Source: a virus. Taken from it: a stretch of 64,000 nt of DNA. Shown one piece after another: positions 59,810 to 64,000 of the stretch (positions within the stretch are counted from its first letter, which is position 1; each line of letters opens with the position of its first letter). Below the pieces are notes generated by a model, which was not told the DNA's origin, did no database searches, and saw nothing but the letters and a program-made list of their open reading frames with translations. A program made the translations under genes and the position numbers. The DNA is taken from positions 9,600-73,599 of the IMG/VR virus record IMGVR_UViG_3300044678_002717. One strand, written 5' to 3'.

Positions 59810-60103
59810 TTATTTCTTTTTTTCGATTTTTGATTTGTTATTTTTCAAGAAATCATATAATTTTTTTAAGATTTTATATGGTGCTTCCCCTAATTTAATG
59901 ATTTTGCTATGAGTAACCTCTGTTAAATTAACATATTTTCTTATGTAAATATTTTCAGTATCAAACCCCTCAACTTGGATATGACTTTTACAATTATCCC
60001 AACAAAGATAAAGCATAGTTGTTCCATCAACCTCAATAGTTGAATGGACTTTATATTTTAAAATAAAGTCAATAATCCATTCCACTAATTCTTTTCTGTT
60101 CAT
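59810..60103 (-). CDS. Late hypothetical protein
   Basis: Late motif at 60122. Confidence 0.7.
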   Translation of the reverse strand: MNRKELVEWIIDFILKYKVHSTIEVDGTTMLYLCWDNCKSHIQVEGFDTENIYIRKYVNLTEVTHSKIIKLGEAPYKILKKLYDFLKNNKSKIEKKK

Positions 60104-60194
60104 TTATTATTTACTTGTTTTTATAAATAGTATCAATATAATAAAAAAATCCTGTTTTTTAACAGGATTCAATTAAAAATGATTGATTTACATA

Positions 60195-60401
60195 TCATAA
60201 ATGTACTTCATACTCACTTAATTTGTCAACAAGATATTGTCTTAATTCATCCAAAGTTATAGTTTCTTCATCTAAGTATTTTTCTTTAGAACGAATCATT
60301 TCTCTAATATCATTTAAAATTAACCTATACTTCCAACCATCAAGAGCAGTTCTATATTCTTCTTGTTCTTCAGAACCATCAAATTCAAGTATCACTTTCA
60401 T
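60195..60401 (-). CDS. Hypothetical protein
   Basis: Operon context. Confidence 0.7.
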   Translation of the reverse strand: MKVILEFDGSEEQEEYRTALDGWKYRLILNDIREMIRSKEKYLDEETITLDELRQYLVDKLSEYEVHL

Positions 60402-60413
60402 AATGATATTTAG

Positions 60414-60806
60414 TTATTTAATATTAAAACATAGTATCAGATTACTATAATCAACATAGATTTGAGTTAGTGTTGTTCTTTTAACAATTCTAATTCTACA
60501 TTTTGCTCCATTTTCATCTACACAATAGTAATTAAATGTTGGGTCACCTTTATCAGATAATGATTCACCTTCATTTTCAATAATATCAAATATTTGTGTT
60601 GTTTCAGTATAAATTGTAATCCTATCTTTTTGACTATCTACAACGATTAATATGTTTGCTTCTTTCCATTCACTCCAATCTGTCCAATTACCATAATAAT
60701 CGATATGTTTTTCGCAACTATGACTCGTTCTTATTTTAAGAACACTTTGTGCATTACTTACAAAAGATAGTAATAAAACAATGAGGGATAAAAATAGTTT
60801 TTTCAT
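60414..60806 (-). CDS. Secreted protein
   Basis: Signal MKKLFLS...SNA|QS. Confidence 0.75.
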   Translation of the reverse strand: MKKLFLSLIVLLLSFVSNAQSVLKIRTSHSCEKHIDYYGNWTDWSEWKEANILIVVDSQKDRITIYTETTQIFDIIENEGESLSDKGDPTFNYYCVDENGAKCRIRIVKRTTLTQIYVDYSNLILCFNIK

Positions 60807-61117
60807 TTTCTTCTTAAAAAGTTTAAACATTGAGTTAAATATTTTAATGATAGTTTATCATAATTAATTGAAAAACTATCAAAAGGTTTAGCATTTTTAT
60901 AAAAGACAACTGTAACATGATTCATATGGTATCCTTGAATGAATCCTCTTTTAACACCATCATCATAAAATACACCATCAACTACTCTTGTTGCACCTAA
61001 ATTTAAGTATGCTGGTTTTGGTGACATACAATTACCAATAATATCCTCATAACAATGCATATAGCCATAGTTTTGGATGATTTCCTGAATTTCTTCGATT
61101 ATATTTTTTGCTTCCAT
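60803..61117 (-). CDS. Hypothetical protein (leaderless candidate)
   Basis: Start corrected (MEAKNII); TATCTTTG 4 nt upstream. Confidence 0.7.
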   Translation of the reverse strand: MEAKNIIEEIQEIIQNYGYMHCYEDIIGNCMSPKPAYLNLGATRVVDGVFYDDGVKRGFIQGYHMNHVTVVFYKNAKPFDSFSINYDKLSLKYLTQCLNFLRRK

Positions 61118-61181
61118 TTTGCAAAGATAACAACAAAAAAAATCCCCTGCAAGAGGGGATTTAAAATTTTTATAAATATTT

Positions 61182-61625
61182 TTATTTATATCCCAAACCA
61201 AATGCAACGCATTTATTATTTGGGTTTTTAATATCTTTTTTATCAAAGATATATTCAATAGTATAGTCACCTGAGTATTTTGCAGTAAAGTCAAATACTT
61301 TACCATCACCCATATAAACATTTGAAACAAATAATCTACCTTTAGAATCATAAAGATTAATTATAACTCTACCCTCAAACCCTTCAGACACATCAACTAA
61401 TCTATATTGTTCATTCTTAAATATACTAAAAGTTGCTTGAACTGCATCTTTCTTTTCAAATTCATTGTATGACTTGTATGCAAGAGATTCGTATATATAT
61501 TCATCCAAAGAAAAATTTATATTTTTCCTTATTGTTTTAGTGTCGCATTGTGCGAAACTAGTTTGTGTCATTAGTAATATCATACTAACGATTGCTGCGA
61601 TGATTAAACCGACTCTTCTTTTCAT
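61182..61625 (-). CDS. Secreted beta-sandwich-like protein
   Basis: Signal MKRRVG...SFA|QC. Confidence 0.75.
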   Translation of the reverse strand: MKRRVGLIIAAIVSMILLMTQTSFAQCDTKTIRKNINFSLDEYIYESLAYKSYNEFEKKDAVQATFSIFKNEQYRLVDVSEGFEGRVIINLYDSKGRLFVSNVYMGDGKVFDFTAKYSGDYTIEYIFDKKDIKNPNNKCVAFGLGYK

Positions 61626-61860
61626 TTTGTTTTTTGTTTTTATTGTTTTTGTTATTATTGTTTTGTAATAAAACCACAAAAACACTCTGCGATTATTTCG
61701 GATAAGAAATAATTTTATATAAACAATACAAAATGGGGAGATTAATTATAGAAACTATACCGAATAGGTTATAGATATTTCTTATATATAGTACAAAAAA
61801 ATAAGGATGTTAATAAAAACACCCTTATTTAATAAAGTTTTTTGTTAATAAATGTTAATT

Positions 61861-62238
61861 TTAGCTTTCGCTACTTCTATCCATTAATTCCTGATATGTG
61901 ATGGTATCACTATCTGAAAATACAATAGATAATGCACCATTATTTTGTAATTCTCTTAATCTATTAATAATTTCATCACTAACATTTTCGTTATAAATAT
62001 CTTCTAAATGAATTTCATCAGTAACTTCAGAATATGATGCTGTAACTAAAACTTTACCATTATTATCTGTAATTGTATAAATAGTATCTTCATCTGATAA
62101 ACCATATGATTTATTTTCAGGATTTCTTGGGTCTTTAGCAGCACCTAATGGTAAATTATCATCATAACCTTCATTGATAAAAGATTTCATATACTTTCTC
62201 AATGTTTTTAATTGCTTTTCTGTAATTAAATATTTCAT
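61861..62238 (-). CDS. MKYLITEKQL-leader protein
   Basis: Leader ending FINEG; late motif at 62251. Confidence 0.8.
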   Translation of the reverse strand: MKYLITEKQLKTLRKYMKSFINEGYDDNLPLGAAKDPRNPENKSYGLSDEDTIYTITDNNGKVLVTASYSEVTDEIHLEDIYNENVSDEIINRLRELQNNGALSIVFSDSDTITYQELMDRSSES

Positions 62239-62260
62239 TGCTTTTTAATTATAAATAGTT

Positions 62261-62629
62261 TTATTTAATTAGCTTATCACTATGATATTTTATAAAAATA
62301 GATATGAATTTATATATAATAATTGTTGTTAAAACAATTGGGAAAAAAAATAAAGGAATAAAGGACTCTAAAAAATTTTTTACTTCTACATCTATTTCAT
62401 AATCTTCGCCATATAATTCTTTTAAAACAGTAACTCTATGATGACCATCCATTACTAAATAATATTGTTTATAAAAATTAGTAACAGTTATTGAATGATA
62501 TTTTTTTATATCATGGCCGTTGTTTTTTAATGATTCTTTAAGCGTATCCCATTTATAGGTCTTATCATATTTAGAATTAGATATGCCTGTTAAATACTTT
62601 AATTTAACTTTTTTAATATTACTTGCCAT
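62261..62629 (-). CDS. ParB/Srx-like domain protein with C-terminal TM helix
   Basis: LKESLKNNG..LVMDGHHRV. Confidence 0.7.
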   Translation of the reverse strand: MASNIKKVKLKYLTGISNSKYDKTYKWDTLKESLKNNGHDIKKYHSITVTNFYKQYYLVMDGHHRVTVLKELYGEDYEIDVEVKNFLESFIPLFFFPIVLTTIIIYKFISIFIKYHSDKLIK

Positions 62630-63236
62630 AAACTAAATTATTTTTACTACCTTCTGCTCTTTGAATTGCAAAGTTAGATGAATAATCTTGAGTAACTTTA
62701 TGTAAAAAATCTTTAACTGTTTGTCTTTCAATTTCAACTTCAGTTAAAGGTAATTCTAATGATTTAACTTTTAATGCTTTCTTTAAATCTGATTTAAAAG
62801 ATGATGGTTTTAATTTACCTGTACTATCAGTTTTATTTTTAGTTGTCATAAATACACCTTTATTTGTATCTTTTGTATTATGGTCAACTCCGCTAGTTGT
62901 TTTAATAAGTCTTTCTAATTTTGTTTTTAAATCACTAACAACATCACTACTAAATTTAATTTCTTTTTCAAATTTAGATTTAATTCTTGTTGGAACTTTT
63001 AAACCTTGATTATGTTGTGCAATAACTTGTAATACCTTTTCCAAGGTAGGTACTGATTCAATTTTTAATTTACTATTATCAATTTTTGGTTTGATTTCGA
63101 TTTCTTTCTTTTCTTCTTTTTTAGGTGCAATTGGTTCAACACTTTTTAATTCAACACCTTTTCTAACTTTTGATTCTTTAAGCAAAAGAAATGCTTTTAG
63201 CCATTTTAATTGTTTTTCAGTTAAAATTAATTTCAT
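62619..63236 (-). CDS. MKLILTEKQL-leader protein
   Basis: Start corrected; leader ending LLKES. Confidence 0.75.
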   Translation of the reverse strand: MKLILTEKQLKWLKAFLLLKESKVRKGVELKSVEPIAPKKEEKKEIEIKPKIDNSKLKIESVPTLEKVLQVIAQHNQGLKVPTRIKSKFEKEIKFSSDVVSDLKTKLERLIKTTSGVDHNTKDTNKGVFMTTKNKTDSTGKLKPSSFKSDLKKALKVKSLELPLTEVEIERQTVKDFLHKVTQDYSSNFAIQRAEGSKNNLVYGK

Positions 63237-63327
63237 AATCTTTTTATACATATATAGTCTTAAAATAAAAAAAAGCTATCAGAATATCCAATAGCTTTTT
63301 CACAAATTGTAATCAAAAACAAAAATT

Positions 63328-63537
63328 TTATTTTTTCATTGCATCGTAAATGTCAAGCAAAAACAATGCAATAAACATCAATGCCATAAAGACATCGTTA
63401 TTGGTAACCACATAGTTAAAAAATGTGATTGAAATGACTTTCATAAAGAACAAAATAATAAATGTTCCATAGAACACAGCAGATAGGAATCTTTTTGTGG
63501 AACTCCAAGATGGAAGATAGTTTAGTAATTTTTTCAT
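63328..63537 (-). CDS. Small membrane protein (leaderless candidate)
   Basis: Two TM helices; TATATTTG 4 nt upstream. Confidence 0.7.
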   Translation of the reverse strand: MKKLLNYLPSWSSTKRFLSAVFYGTFIILFFMKVISITFFNYVVTNNDVFMALMFIALFLLDIYDAMKK

Positions 63538-63753
63538 AATACAAATATACGATTTTTTTTAGAAAAACAGAAAAATTCCAAATAAAATAAAAAATAAATT
63601 TACAAAAATTGCTGTAAACAATATAGGTTTAAAATTTTTCATTTCTTCAGGAAGTTTTGATAGTTGTCCAAGCAAATTTGCGCTTGACAAAATCATATAA
63701 ATAATAATTAATGAATTGAAAATTATTTGTGCCATAGTAATAAATAAATTTAG

Positions 63754-63827
63754 TGTTCCCTACAGGGTTTGAACCTGTGACCTACTGATTATGAGTCAGT
63801 TGCTCTAACCAACTGAGCTAAGAGAAC
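63754..63827 (-). tRNA. tRNA with CAT anticodon (elongator Met or Ile2)
   Basis: GTTCTCT/AGGGAAC, GCTC-AGTTGGTTA-GAGC, ACTGA-CTCATAA-TCAGT, ACAGG-TTCAAAC-CCTGT; no encoded CCA. Confidence 0.92.
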
Positions 63828-63888
63828 AAATACATAATGCAAATATAAGAATTTTTTTTGAAAAAAAACTATTTATAAAAAAAATAAA

Positions 63889-64000
63889 ATGAAAACACTT
63901 TTGGATGAAATCTTTAAATCCCTAACTTCATTACAAGAAAATTTAAATGAAGAAAATAAAAATAATATAAAACAAAGAAAATATTTTCACGCTCATTTAG
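63889..64000 (+). CDS. 3'-truncated late protein
   Basis: ACTATTTATA at 63868; MKTLLDE..LQENLNEE; open to the window end. Confidence 0.6.
   Translation, partial: MKTLLDEIFKSLTSLQENLNEENKNNIKQRKYFHAHL

Larger units (their letters stand above)
1058..63877. promoter_or_regulatory. Putative late promoter ACTATTTA(T/A/C), more than 20 copies, about 5-30 nt before ATG
   Basis: Seen at 1058, 2945, 6136, 7982, 13380, 14761, 29661, 29981, 30011, 31958, 33042, 33678, 33945, 35561, 39273, 39345, 54758, 57378, 60122, 62251, 63868. Confidence 0.8.

Noticed and set aside
1-64000. Stop-codon recoding
   Set aside because: All hallmark genes are full length in the standard code, TAG and TGA both end genes, and no suppressor tRNA is seen

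Overview
A very AT-rich 64 kb segment of a large T4-superfamily (probably jumbo) dsDNA phage whose host is very likely a Bacteroidota. Host evidence: TTTG..TAnnTTTG promoters, A-rich leaders without Shine-Dalgarno sites, and Gln after signal peptides. 1-17 kb holds the head module (terminase, portal, prohead protease, scaffold, major capsid protein) and putative internal head proteins. 17-40 kb holds a family B DNA polymerase, GMP-reductase-like, ThyX, MazG-like, GT2 plus PlcP/LpxH-like, thioredoxin, an aaRS-II paralog, two M15 peptidases, two homing endonucleases and two tRNAs. 40.2-54.7 kb is an early cassette array of small genes, with about 35-40 near-repeated host-type promoters and recurring terminators. 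It is bounded by a G/C island and by an ACAWTGT repeat array. 56-64 kb holds small accessory genes and a tRNA(CAT). Most notable observations: (1) five dispersed copies of an approximately 65-75 nt structured non-coding RNA, each with its own promoter, inside the early array; (2) a duplicated 'late promoter + MKKVRITESQL leader' cassette fused to unrelated payloads, probably a capsid-loading tag; (3) a tRNA-Arg(UCU) whose anticodon is masked by a 26-nt hairpin insertion; (4) a late-promoter motif that is the reverse complement of the T4 late promoter; (5) eight probable leaderless genes. All calls come from motifs read by eye; no database searches were run.
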